A DNA stretch of 64,000 nucleotides. Origin: Callorhinchus milii. Its lineage: Eukaryota. The translations under genes were made by a program, and so were the position numbers. The DNA lies in NCBI RefSeq assembly GCF_018977255.1, contig NW_024704744.1, forward strand, positions 16,430,001 to 16,494,000, read 5' to 3'. The notes below the pieces were generated by a model. The model saw only the letters and a list, made by a program, of their open reading frames with translations. It ran no database searches and was not told the origin of the DNA. Positions 12,421 through 24,778 of this stretch are shown here, in pieces (the stretch's first letter is position 1; every line of letters begins with the position of its first letter).

Positions 12421-15207
12421 ATAATGTAATTTTCGTCCTTATGGGAATGCACAGAATGTAGAGGACTTGATGTGGCCATCGTGGTCCACCTCCTGATGTC
12501 AAAATAGTTTTCAATATCTGTTGATGAGCTTCAGTCCTAAACTTGCCACTATTCCTTTTGTTGGCTTTTCCTGGCCATATAGTTCTCTCTTGAATGAGAT
12601 AGTTGTTGCTGTTTTGTAAGCCTACCCTTCATATTCTAAGACAAGGATCATCAGTGTTCCATATTTTATTTATTTCAATAGAATCACATGCCTTGCATTT
12701 GAAATAGTACCCTTATCAAGTTGTCGAAACGTCTCAAAGCCCTTCATAGGATTAACTGTAAAGCGTAGTGACCGTGCTTGTAGGCAAATGTACAATAGTG
12801 GTGAAACAAAGTCATAAAATTATACGCTCTGGCTAGAGCAATATAAAAAAATACCCGTTTCAGTTGACTTAATTTTCCAACCTACTTTCTTCTTCAATGC
12901 TCCTTTATCTGATGCTGCATAAATACAAGTTGTTTTGTTGTTGATGTATCACCATAATCTTTTGGGAAAGGTAAACAGATGAACCAATGGTTTATTTTTG
13001 CCTGAAATTGTTACTATGTTATTATTACTATTGTACAATGGGATAAGAATTGCTGTAATGCTTAAAGGATTCCGTAACTTATTGGAGGAATACTTTACAA
13101 AATATCACCAGACGCACCATCCAATTCCCCCCCAACTCCCACTCCGCAGTGAATTGTTCCTTCCTCTCAGCATCCTAGCACCTCCACATTCCTGGACCTT
13201 GAGGTGAATAAATTTATTTTGTAAATTTTAGGCCTTATTTGGGACTCTAAGTGATATTTTGATATTTTTGTTTAATAGTGCAATGCCCAGGCACGCTCTG
13301 CTCAGGAGGGACGAATTCCATGCTCTCTTCATCCAAAATATTAACCTAAAGTGATTTTCCCAGAGGCTTTAGTCTTAGTCCGTCTATCGCTACATGTTAA
13401 TTTAGAGGCCCTCCCCACCCACACCCCAACATAACAATGTATCAGTGAGTTGCTGTACATTCACCATCCATATCAGGAATCATAGTTAATTCACCATCCA
13501 AAACTGAAGGCTAGAATTGTACTGAATTTGGTAACAATGGTGCAAGGGGACCAATTGTGGCATGTGATGTGATAATTATCACTGTTAATTATTGTCACAT
13601 CACATATTTCCACCGTTATTACATTCTGATGGTCTGTTGGTATTATATTCTTTTGCTCCCTCCTCCCGCACCCACCCTCCCCCTCCACACATTCAACTTT
13701 CAAGGGGTTTTACATGTTCAATAAGTTTGCTGATTTATTCGAACCAAACAATGTTTGCACTTAATTTGAAATGCTGCAGGTGGTGCTATTTTGACAGGAA
13801 AGTGTCACATTGAATAAATAGTTCTGGTTCATTGGAAGAATGTTGAGAAAAACACTTTGCCGCTGTCAGCACATTCCTGGAAGGTCACAATGAATGATGA
13901 ATGCTCCCATATAGATGCTAAGTCTCCCCCACCCCCCACCCCCCACCCCTTGTATTGCATCACTTGGCAGACTCTTGGCTTCATTTGTTTGACTCCTGTG
14001 GTTGTGAACCTTCCCCCATTGTTATGGGGACTTGCTTCCTCTACAGCCTTCTGTGGCTCCTTGAGGAATTCTATGCCTGGCTGCCCTCAGGATGCTGGAA
14101 GTCATCCAGCCACTTTCCAGAGAGGAGCTGCTCACTTTCCCTGAGGTCTCAAATATCCTGTGGTTTGGGTTAGTTCTCAGGATGTTCTGAAAAAAGCATT
14201 AGGTTTGCCATCACGTGACATGTCATCATTTTCACTTTTTTTTAACTGCTTCATTGTGATCCCAGTAACAGTTGACGCCTGTTGCTTACTTTATGGAGCA
14301 CGGGTAATGTTTGTAACATATTTAAACAAAGCAATTGCACACTCAATATGTTGTAACAATAGATGTTTGGAGGTCATGCACTTTGCACTCATTGTAGTAA
14401 GCTGTGCGTTATGGCGGGTGCCATAAGTAACTGTGCGACATTGCTTGTGCAAATTGGCTGCTGTGTTCGCTTACAAATACAATACATTTTACAGAAACCT
14501 CTATGGCAGGGTGCTATATCAAATGCAAGGATTACCATTATGATTAATAAGTTAAAGAATAACATGAAAACCTGAAATCAAAGATTCAGTAGTCTTAAAA
14601 GGCAAAGGGTATTAATTAAGCAGTAGACGGTGGAGAGCATTTTACCATATCTTTTTCTAGTCGAAATGTTGTTTATTACCGTTTGCAATACGTTAATCAA
14701 AAAGAAGTCACGTGAAAGAATAAATATCAGTTATCCTCCGCTCCTCCTGATGCTGGAGTGAAGACTCAGCTCAATCATTCAAAGTGCAAGTAGAATGGAA
14801 TTTCTGATTATAAGTTCACACTGAAATATTCATTACATTTAACGAGTGAAGTATGAATTACCTACCTCTTAGATCCCTCTTTATGATTAAAGGAGATGTG
14901 GTCTTTACAGCAAATAAGTAAGAGTGGGGGCTGCTATCTTGGCAAAGGCAGTACATGAAATGTATTGTGGGGGAAGAGGAGAGGGACACACATGCATCCC
15001 GCTATGATCCCTATATAAAAAAAGACATATGAAATCTTTTCACCGGCACCCGGCAAGACAGTCCAAAAAACAGCTGGGTGGCAACCCTACTTGGCGCTTA
15101 AGTATGGCTTGTAAAAAATATATACATTTAGCACCATGAACATGACCCCACCTAGTTGTTTATATTGCTTTACAATTGTATTTAGGAATTCTAGTTTCAC
15201 TATTTCA

Positions 15208-15245
15208 CATTGTATATGACCATAATGGTTTGGTCATATACAATG
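15208..15245. repeat. Perfect inverted repeat, 15-bp arms, 8-nt loop
   Basis: cattgtatatgacca-taatggtt-tggtcatatacaatg. Confidence 0.95.
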
Positions 15246-15677
15246 GTCAGCTGTGGAAGATTTGGCTGATTACAGATCAACTTGTGTTTTAACTAAAACA
15301 CTAAACTTGATCAACTAAATTTGCTGACAGTGTACAATCTTATTGACAGTATTTTTTGAAAAAAATTCAGGGGAGGGGGTGAAATATGCAGAATGATATG
15401 TAATATTTATCTCTGCTGACAATCACATCACATTCCGCATTTTCATCCCATGTTACAAGTCACATAAAAAAATACATTACACAAGAGTTTTATGCAAATC
15501 AATGCCAAGGTGGGTCTTCCTCATTCTTTGAATGTTGATATCCTACTACATGTACCAAACTCCTCCTGTAAACTTGCAGGACCTGATTTAGTGGTTGTGA
15601 TAGTCTTAGTATGTTAGAGGATTTTTAAAGGTGTTAGGGAACCCCGCACAGGATAGAAATTGCACCTCCACCACACA

Positions 15678-15912
15678 ACAACAACTTGCATTTATGTAGT
15701 GCCCTTCATACAGGGTAGCTTTCCGGAGCGCATGACAGTGGTAGAGTCTGACCTCAAGTCACGGAGACCGTAAGCACGATCAAAAAGGAAGGTCTTTACT
15801 TGGAATTTAAAAGCGGGGAGGGAGGGGGGAAGACGAAGGACTGAGGAAGGGAGTTCAAGAGCTTTGGGGCGCAGTGGCTGAAAGCATGGTCACCGAAGGT
15901 GGAGCGGAGGGT
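15678..15912 (-). mobile_element. L2 3' end
   Basis: (AAC)n tail, gtgcccttcatacagggtagctttccggagcgc stem, gcagtggctgaaagc. Confidence 0.8.
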
Positions 15913-16587
15913 ACACAGCAATGGTACATATCGTCTGTGAATTTATTATAACCCTGGGTAAAAAAATTGTTTTATTCTATATTGCCAGGTCTTAGCCTGC
16001 TTTAGTTGGTAGTGGTGTGTCATTAATTTGTCCAAGACATTGGATAAACCCCAATTCAACTCGACTAAAGTTAATTCATTTATTAGAGTCGATAAAACTC
16101 AGGAACAGAGAGAGTTAGAGACAACACAATGCCATTTTAAATCTTTTATTCTTTCTTTATATATTTCCCAAGCATGCATGTACATTAACAGTTAGTGTAT
16201 TTAGTAAACTTGGTAAATATAAAAATATACATCGTGTCTCTTCTCTTCTTGACACCTTCCTAGGAGAAAGTGAGATGGTGGATGCTCAGCTTCAGCCACT
16301 GTAATCCCAATTCCCTCTTCTCTCAATTATTTTTTAGCCTTATTGTTTACTATCATATGCCGTTGGTCGTATAATTCATTGCCTTTTTTTTAGTAATCAT
16401 TTAACCTGCATAAAAAAGTATTCTACATACAAGCATTCTTCGTATCATAACTTGCTGATCTTACCGCTTGGTATGACTTCAAGGTCTCAAAACCGTTACA
16501 TGGTTTAAGTTTCTCACTTAATTTCAGACGAACAAGTAATTTTTCTTGCATACGTTAGATTTAACAATAGAATTTGTAATTTTCAGA

Positions 16588-16970
16588 ACAGTAGCAAAGT
16601 TACCTTTGAGTCAGAATATTATGAATTCACGCTCCACACTCCAAGAAGCTGACACTCCAACACAGTGTCAGAGGTGCCATCTTTCGGATGAGAAGTGAAA
16701 CCGAGGTCCCAACTGTGTATTCCAGTGGATGTTAAAGATCCCATGACATTATCTAAAAACAGAAGGGAGTTTTTCCCAGTGTCCTAGCCAACAATCTTCC
16801 AGATAAATTGCGATTCACTTCATGGCAGTTTGTGGGACATTGCTATGTGCAAATTGGCGCAGCATTTGCCTGGAAATAGACAGCTGCTACCCCTTACAGG
16901 AATCCTGTGAAGTGCTTTGAGATATTTGGATGACCTGTTAAGGTGCTATATCGAATTCAAGGATTATTTT
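16588..16970 (+). mobile_element. Deu-domain SINE, near full length
   Basis: Head (tttgagtcagaa), Deu core (gaggtgccatctttcggatgagaagtgaaaccgagg..aaagatcccatg), tgtgggacattgctatgtgcaaattgg and tail. Confidence 0.85.
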
Positions 16971-16988
16971 GCATTTTCCCTATTCTTT

Positions 16989-17170
16989 TAATAATAATAA
17001 TGATAATCCGTGCATTTGATATAGCATCTTATCGCATCATTGAGACGTCCCAAAGTGTTTCACAGGATTTATATCTTGTAAAGTGGAGTGACTGTGTATT
17101 TTGTGGGTGGAAGGGGGCAGCCAATTAGGTGTACTAGTATCCCACAAACACTCATGGATTGAATAACTAA
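16989..17170 (-). mobile_element. SINE 3' half, tail-to-tail with the previous copy
   Basis: (AAT)n-ccgtgcatttgatatagc..gacgtcccaaagtg..tcccacaaac. Confidence 0.8.
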
Positions 17171-18199
17171 TTTTTTTTTGACGGATTGTCACCATGGAAA
17201 GAGATCTGCCAAGCATTAGTTGGCTATGAGAGCATTAATAAAAACATATTTTGTGGCTGTTTTTATAACTGGATCAACTTTAGCTACAGCTTCTACACCT
17301 GATCCAGGAGTTTACTACAACACTCGCTTAGAAAATGTGCTTTATTCTCTAATATCCCTTTTCTTCTTTTCAATTCTTCTTATTGTAACTCTTAACCTAA
17401 CTGGAGACAAACATGAGCATATGAGAACACCAGTGATAGCTCATTTCCATTGTGTTTTCATTCATACAAAAGATCTTTAATATGAGTCATCCACTCTCAT
17501 AGTGCTACACTGTTATTAGTGCGACGTCCCATATTTAACTAATTTTTGAGAACCTTGGCACTGAAATGCTTCCCCTGAGACACTTCCACAAAGTAAGAAA
17601 GTCTAAACCTTCAGAACTGCAGAAAATCAATAGTTACTCACTACTTGGTAAACACTTCCAATGTATTTCGCATTCATTGCTTTTTAAAAAAATAAACATT
17701 GTTAGGAACAGCTCTCTAGGAAGTTTTTACATCCAAATCTTTGCCTTCGCTGCACAACAAAGTACAAATGAAAAGCAGACAGGGTATTCTGAATTCTTCA
17801 TACGTTTCAATTATGGCAAATGCAAATAGGAATCACTCACCAAAATGACTAAGTTCTGAGACTCCTGGGATCTAATTTTCTATAGGTCAGTCCTTGGTGC
17901 TCAATCTGGCTATTAGTGTTAATGCTTTTACACTATATTACATTCTTTTTGGTCCAGTTTTAAAGCCTCTTTCATTTGTTCATAACTCACAATGAGTTCA
18001 AGGATTCAATTAGTGTTGAACTCTACTTAGCAGCGTATACAACACAAATGATTTGGCCAATTGATGCTCATCAGCAGATCTAAGATATTTTACAGAATGC
18101 TCTTTCCTACCCCTATAGCTTGGGGGTGCAAATATTCCTTGATTTCTACAAACATAATAGACAGCAGCAGAAGTACTTAACAAATACTCTGCGCTGCCA

Positions 18200-19140
18200 T
18201 TTGCTCAACTCCAGGACCACTGCTGTCCTGACAGACTGCCTGTCGGACATCAAGTCCTGGATGAGGGCAAATTTCCTACAGTTGAATGTAAACAAGACTG
18301 AGGCCCTCCTGAATGGCTCGTGCCAGTGCCTCAGCACCTCAGGCTCTGGCAACATCAACCTCCATGGTTGCACACTACAACTCAACAAGCTAGTTAGGAA
18401 ATTCAGTGTCTTGTTCGACCCACAACTATCTTTTCTTCCCCACATTCAAGCCATGACCTGCTCTGCCTTCCCTCACCTCTGTAACATCGCTCGACTCCGC
18501 CACTACCTCACCCCTCAGGCCACTGAAACTCTTGTTCATGCCTTCATCACCTTCCAGGCTCGACTATGCAACGCCCTGCTTGTCGGCCTTCCCAACTCCT
18601 CCCTCCACAGGCTGCAGATAATCCAGAACTCTGCAGCCCGTGTCCTCTCCCGCACCAAACTCTGTGACCCCATCTCCCCACTCTCGCCCGACTCTACTGG
18701 CCCCTATCCTTCAGAGGATCTAGTTCAAGATCTTGGTCCTCACATACAAAGCCCTCCATAGCCTCGCCCCACCCTACCTCTGCGACCTCCTAAACAGCTA
18801 CCAACCCGCCCGTTCCCTCCGCTCAGCCGACTCTGGCCTGCTCCACGTCCTCCGACCCACCCGCCTCAGCATTGGTGGGAGAGCCTTCAGGCACAGTGCC
18901 CACAACCTCTAGAATTCCATCCCCCAATCACTCTGCCTCGCCCACTCCTTAGCCTCCTTCAAGTCCCGCCTCAAAACCCTCTTCTTCAACTATGCCATCG
19001 GCTACCACCCTTCCCCTACCTTCCCTTATCCCCACAACCCCAGCTCGGATCTAAAATGCTGTACTCTGTCCAGCGCCTTGGTACGTCCTCCCGACGTGAA
19101 AGGCGCTATATAAATGTAATCTTGCTGCTGTTGTTGTTGC
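18200..19140 (+). mobile_element. Young L2 LINE, 5'-truncated
   Basis: ORF 18120-18761 includes [41 protein letters not shown]; 3' stem gcgccttggtacgtcctcccgacgtgaaaggcgc and (GTT)n tail. Confidence 0.95.
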
Positions 19141-19505
19141 TGAGGCTTGGTTGCAAATTGATTTGCGGTTGTAATGCATTATGACCATTCTCAGGAGAAG
19201 CAAGACAACCAAACAAGAAATCCTCGTTTCTTCTGTTCTGACCTGACATGGTTCTGAAGCAGTTCAGATTGGTTATGCAGTTCTGCAAATCAGAAAGCAG
19301 GATGTGGCCCAGTTTTGGCCAGCTTCAATTTCTGATCTGCATGTAACAATAAGAAAGGAGGGTGCAGTAACTCACTAGCTTCAGAATTACATGGCCACAA
19401 TGCATGGGAGCTAGGGTTCCCTTCCCCTTAATTATCTTGTGTGGTTTGTGCAAGTAGCTTCAGTCTCCTGGACTGTTCTTTGACAAAGAAGCTGCATCTC
19501 TGAGA

Positions 19506-19582
19506 AACACACACAGACAGACAGACAGATGGATGGATGGACGTATGGATTGATTGACTGACAGAGACAGACAGACTGACTC
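19506..19582. repeat. Compound microsatellite (CA)n(GACA)n(GATG)n
   Basis: Read directly. Confidence 0.9.
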
Positions 19583-19860
19583 ACCATCTCACCTTATCCC
19601 TCCTCTTCACTACAAGTGCACAGCTTATTTACTAACAACAAAGTGACATTGGAGTCTAACATTACTGTTACATTTAGAAATTTGCAAGGTATTAATAAGA
19701 AACAGACCTCCTGTTCCCTATACTGTTAGAAATGATGGTTTGCTTGAAGTTGAATTGCATATTTGATTTTCCCGCTCACAGATTTGTGTGATAGTGGCTT
19801 TTTACTAAACAAATAAGTAAAGCTACCATTTCTGCTAACCGGCAGTCAAATGCTTCAATG

Positions 19861-19942
19861 GCCATTGACATTAGACAAAATGAGTTTCCCACTCACAGAA
19901 TATTCTGTGAGTGGGAAACTCATTTTGTGTACTGATAATGGC
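19861..19942. repeat. Palindrome: perfect 54-bp core (19875-19928) without spacer, imperfect flanks
   Basis: acaaaatgagtttcccactcacagaat|attctgtgagtgggaaactcattttgt; outer gccatt/aatggc also pair. Confidence 0.97.
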
Positions 19943-21059
19943 TTTTTACACAGACCACCTGGCCCGGAAGCCTGATGAGAAAACACCGCATACTGGACAT
20001 CGTATAAAAAGCAGACAAAATAGTGAAAAAACTAAAGTGCAAGTGAAAAATCTGCCTTCAAATTGTAAACAACTTAAGTGCATTAAGTGTATGTGATGCA
20101 TGACTTAACAGCGCAGAACCAGAACCAGTATGACAATTGGAGCATATTAAGGACTTGAAACACTATCTATCTCCATATGCTTTTGTCTGTCAGTGGCTGA
20201 TTCTGTCTGATTTCTCTGGTATGGGCCAGTTCCCAGACATTTACTAATTTTAGTTGACGTCTTCTCTCCAGTGAATGTTACTCAGTACAGTACTGGAATT
20301 AGGATTAATTATTTTAAGAGTATTAGACACAAGTCATGGAGTGCAAAATCTATGTATTTCTGTCAACCGCTCAGCTTGTGACTGACTTGACCTTATATTT
20401 AATTCACCTTCTTTAAATGACTAACTAGTTGATATTACTGAGAAGTGCAACTCCAGTATTAAAGTGATTGTATCCATTTTCTAGGGTCACAATTATTCTT
20501 TCATTTAATATGATGTCTTATATAGAAACAGCTCGAAGTGCTTACCAAATGAGTTAAAGTTTAGGATACAGTATTTTGTTATGAAGGCAAATGAGGAGTA
20601 CGGTTTGATGTTTTCCTTAATTTAGAATTAAATCTCAAACATTTAGTTGTTACATTTGGATACATTCTGCGTGCTAATTTCTTCTGAGTATTTCCTGCTG
20701 CACCACCTTCAATCATAAGGAAAATTTATACATTATTCCTGAATGAACATGATGTGGTTCAGAGACTTGCAGTTGAATGATTCGTATCTCCAATCTCCAG
20801 AATCCTAATCCTCATATAATCATACTTCATAAAATATTATTGTTCGATGTAATTTAAATATTTCAATATCTAGTTGTTTTTAATATAATAATAATAACGC
20901 ATTTTCTATAGCGCCTTATAATGTCATTGAAATACCTCAATGTGTTGTGACTTATTTGTAGATGAGTGTACACGATTTATTCTAAATGCTGAGTTTTCAG
21001 GATCTAGAGGTAGGCTGGAGAGTTCTGAAATTTATACAATGGGGAGGAAAACAAGTTTG

Positions 21060-21500
21060 ATTTGCAGAAAGGAGACCTTATAGAGGTGTGTAATATTTTA
21101 AACAAGATTAAAAAGTAAACCCAGAACAATTCTTATGATCCATCAAAATAGTAGATCAAGAGTTCCTAGGATTAGAGTTGCAGAAATATTTCAGGAAGCA
21201 GTTCAGGAAGCATGTTCTTCCAACATGAAAGGAGCTATATAAAATGCAGGGAATATTATTATTACTACTAAGTTGTTCCACATTCATAATATTTTAAAGT
21301 GCTTCAGGAAGTATTTCTTTACCCAGAAGATAATTAATGATTAAACAGGTTGCTAGGAAGTGGGGTTGAGATCAGGAGACTTGCCTCATTTTAAAAAAGC
21401 AGCTTGATACTGTGATGCAAGAATACTCGGGCGGGTAATCTGGAGAGATGAGATCAGATGGGCCAAAGGGTTTTCTTCTGGGAGTTGTTTTTTCTTTAAG
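21060..21500 (+). mobile_element. CR1 3' fragment interrupted by a 92-bp insertion
   Basis: ggagaccttatagaggtg..aaagtaaacccagaac..ttctttacccagaag..aaaaagcagcttgat, colinear with the CR1 at 37560-37800. Confidence 0.8.
21215..21306 (+). repeat. 92-bp direct copy of 22172-22263
   Basis: ttcttccaacatgaaag..ttttaaagtg(c/t)ttca; 5 mismatches counted by eye. Confidence 0.95.
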
Positions 21501-21877
21501 CACTTGCTTCAGTGCAAATAGATGAGCTGATTCAGAGTTGATTCTCTCTGGATTTGGGGTCAGGAAAGACCCACTTTTACATTCCAAGTTGCCTCCATTG
21601 TCAAACTACTGCAATAACGTAAAAGTGGATGGATTACCATAATGTGACTGGGAGTGTTAATGGGAGTGTTAATTAGCACCACCACAGGCGCTAATTAAGA
21701 CATTATATATTGCAATTTCCATTGTGCAATGTTTATAATTAAAATACTGAGCATTAGAAAGTAAGTAATGGATCAAATATGATCACAAAACAAATAGAAT
21801 TCATAATGGAACTGGAATCCCCAAATGGGATTACAAACTGAAAATCATTCCTAGGTATGTTACATGGATTGTTGAGG

Positions 21878-22225
21878 TTGTGGCTCAATTGATTAAACTC
21901 TTGCCTTTGAGTCAGAAGGTTGTTGGTTCAGGTCCCATGTCCCAAGTTTTGAACTCATGCAGTCTTGATTGACACTCCAATGCAGTTCTGCATTGTTGGA
22001 GGTGTTGTCCTTCAGATAAGACATAAAACCAAAGTTTTATCTGCCAATTCAGGTGAATGTTAAGATCCCATGGGACTATTGAAGAAGAGAAAAAAAATTG
22101 ATGATTCCACTTGTCTACAGAACACATCTTCACTGCACTTCACAGCATATCCGTTGAAGCACTTTAAGATATTCTTCCAACATGAAAGTTGCTATATAAA
22201 ATGCAGGGAATATTATTATTACTAC
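21878..22225 (+). mobile_element. Deu-domain SINE
   Basis: tggctcaattg..ttgcctttgagtcagaaggttgttggttcaggtccc head, Deu core and (ATT)n tail. Confidence 0.85.
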
Positions 22226-23309
22226 TAAGATGTTCCACATTCACAATATTTTAAAGTGTTTCAACAAGTTAAAGGATGAAGGTCACCAACATTCATAAAG
22301 GACAGAAAACACATATATATCTGCTCTTGTAAGAACTCTGTCAAAAAGTTATTTTGCACTAAAGATTAAACAATATAATTTATGTTAAATGAACATGCCC
22401 TTTAATAGCCAATTATTAATAAAGAAAGGTACATTAATTTTGATGAAGATATATGATAAAGATTTTTCAATTAATAAAGTAATTACTCCTTGTAAAATTT
22501 ATGGTGAAGGATAAAGAGGGACATTGGCTTCCTGAATGTAATTCAGGTCATTTTTTTGTGCTGAGGGAAGGATTATGACTCAAATATAAGTTTTAATTCC
22601 TCTGTAAAATATTTTGTTCATTCTAATACCATTATTGTTGTCTAGTGGTCCATCTAAAGAGTTCAGGGAGTTTTACACAAAATGTTCAGGGAGTTTTACA
22701 CACATGAATTCCACCTTAAGAAAAGGAGAACAATTTGAGGGGTATTTTTAATTTAAAATGAGCCAACAAAAAGGCTGGTACATTTCATACTACAAGAAAT
22801 GACAGCCCAGGAATTAGTGATTCAGACTATGTTGGTGCTATCTCCTCCATGGACTTCTAATAATAACTTACTTATATTTAACATAGTGAATTTCACGTCA
22901 GGACAAGTTCTCAAAATGCTTCACCAATTTGCTCAAAAGAAATGTTTCACAAACAGCCATGAAATGAATAACTAATTTTACTTGATGGATTGTTGGATAT
23001 TGCCAGGATATTGGGAGACATTACGTTTTCCACCTCCATTGGCTGTTATTGAAACAACTGTGCATGTGGAAACTTTTAGTTGTTTGACTACTGTCCCTTC
23101 ACCTGCTCTCTGTATAAATAGCAGAACTCAGAACAGTGATACTTGACAACACTTTTTGCAGTGACACTAGCATTTGAAGCCTCTCTGTGATATAAACATG
23201 TTATAAATGGTGTGTTAATTCAGCCACAGTAGTTCACACTTTCAAGCTAAATAAATTCAGAGCTATTCTTCCAGGGAAGTAGTAAGCATTCACTCACAAG
23301 ATTACAAAT

Positions 23310-23900
23310 AGTTTTAAACAAAGAAGGCCCTTCGACTCATTTGATCTCATCCTTCTGGAAAACCAAACCTACCAGTTGTTTCTTAAGTTAGTTCAGTGTT
23401 GTTTTCAACCACTCTCCTGGTAGCCAGTTCTAGCTGTTGATAATCATCTGCGCAAACAAATAGTTCTTGTTGCACAGTGACAAAGTTCACTAGCTTAATA
23501 TTATCCAATTTAACTGGATTTTGTTGATTCTCTATTGCACCTAATCCAGTATTCTCCACGGCCTTCCACTTTACCCACAGGATCCAGCAGATTTTTGGAC
23601 CTCTTTTCTCCTGCTTAATCCTGACAATGTTAAATGGTTCACACCTGCCTAACACACTGTGTGAAGTGCCATGATAACCTCCATACATGTTACACGTGTA
23701 TCCATTCAGCATTGATTACATTCAGAAGCAATGACTGGATCAGATTGTTAGGAAGGGTGGTGGGAGCCAGGACAATGGACTCATTTAAAAAGCAACTTGA
23801 TGTAATGATGGGGGGGGCAGTAGGGTTGGTGTTCTGGAGGTATGAGATCAGATCTGTTGAAGGGTTTTCTTTGTCCAGACTAATCTTGTGATTTTGTGAT
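23310..23900. mobile_element. Two CR1 3' fragments (about 23310-23440 minus, 23720-23900 plus)
   Basis: gaaggcccttcgactcatttgatctcatcc (minus); NDWIRLLGRVVGARTMDSFKKQLD in ORF 23634-23891 (plus). Confidence 0.65.
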
Positions 23901-24034
23901 CTCTGCTCATATTAAATGACATGAAAGGGTGAAATTTGCATATTTTCAATGTGGTTGTATTGAGGCTTGGATACTCTTAAGTACGGTGAGGATTTCTACA
24001 TGTATCAGTTACCAGCTGTCCAAGTGTTTTTTTT

Positions 24035-24778
24035 TGCAGATAAGTATGTGGGCAGCAGAGTTCTGAATGAGCTGGATCTTTTGAATAGTGGAGCTGGGGG
24101 AAAGGCGAGAAGTGAATTTGAGTAATCCAGGCAGGAGGTGACAAACGTATGAACGAAGGTTTTGGCTGCATTTGGGTTAAGGTACGGTCAGAGATGGGCA
24201 ATGTGGCAAAGGTGGAAGAAGGCAGTCCTGGTCAGGGACTAGATGTGGGGGAGAAAGGACAACTGGGTTCAAACTGGACGCCTAGATTGCGCATTGGTTC
24301 AGTGAGTGTGAGGGAGAGCCCAGGGAGGTTGAGTTCAGATCCGCAGGAGTGAAGATGTTGATGGGAGTCAAGAAGTTTGGCTTCTGTCTTGTCCATATTC
24401 AGCTGCAGGAAGTTTGCACTCATCCAGGCCCTGATGTCTGCCAGACAAGCTGATAGAACATCAGCGAACCAGGAGTTGGTACTGGAGGAGGAAAAGTAGA
24501 TTTGTGTGTCATCCTCGTAAATGTGGAAGTTTACCTCGTGTCTGCGGCTGACATCGTCCAGAGGGAGCACATGGATAAGGAAAAGAAGAGGAGCCCTGGG
24601 GTACCCTGTAGGTGACCAGGCGGGGGCAGGAGGAGAAATGGAGGCAGTCGGTTAAGTAGGACTTGAACCATGCGAGTGCGGTCCCACTAAAACGGATGAG
24701 GCAGGAGAGACGGAGGAGGAGGCTAGAGTGGTCGACTGTGTCGAATGTGGCAGAGGGATCCAGGAGGACGAGGAGGTA
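24035..24778 (-). mobile_element. L2 RT-domain fragment
   Basis: ORF 24232-24570 has FHIYEDDTQIY..CLADIRAWMSANFLQLNMDKTE; upstream LLDPSATFDTVDH-like motif. Confidence 0.9.
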
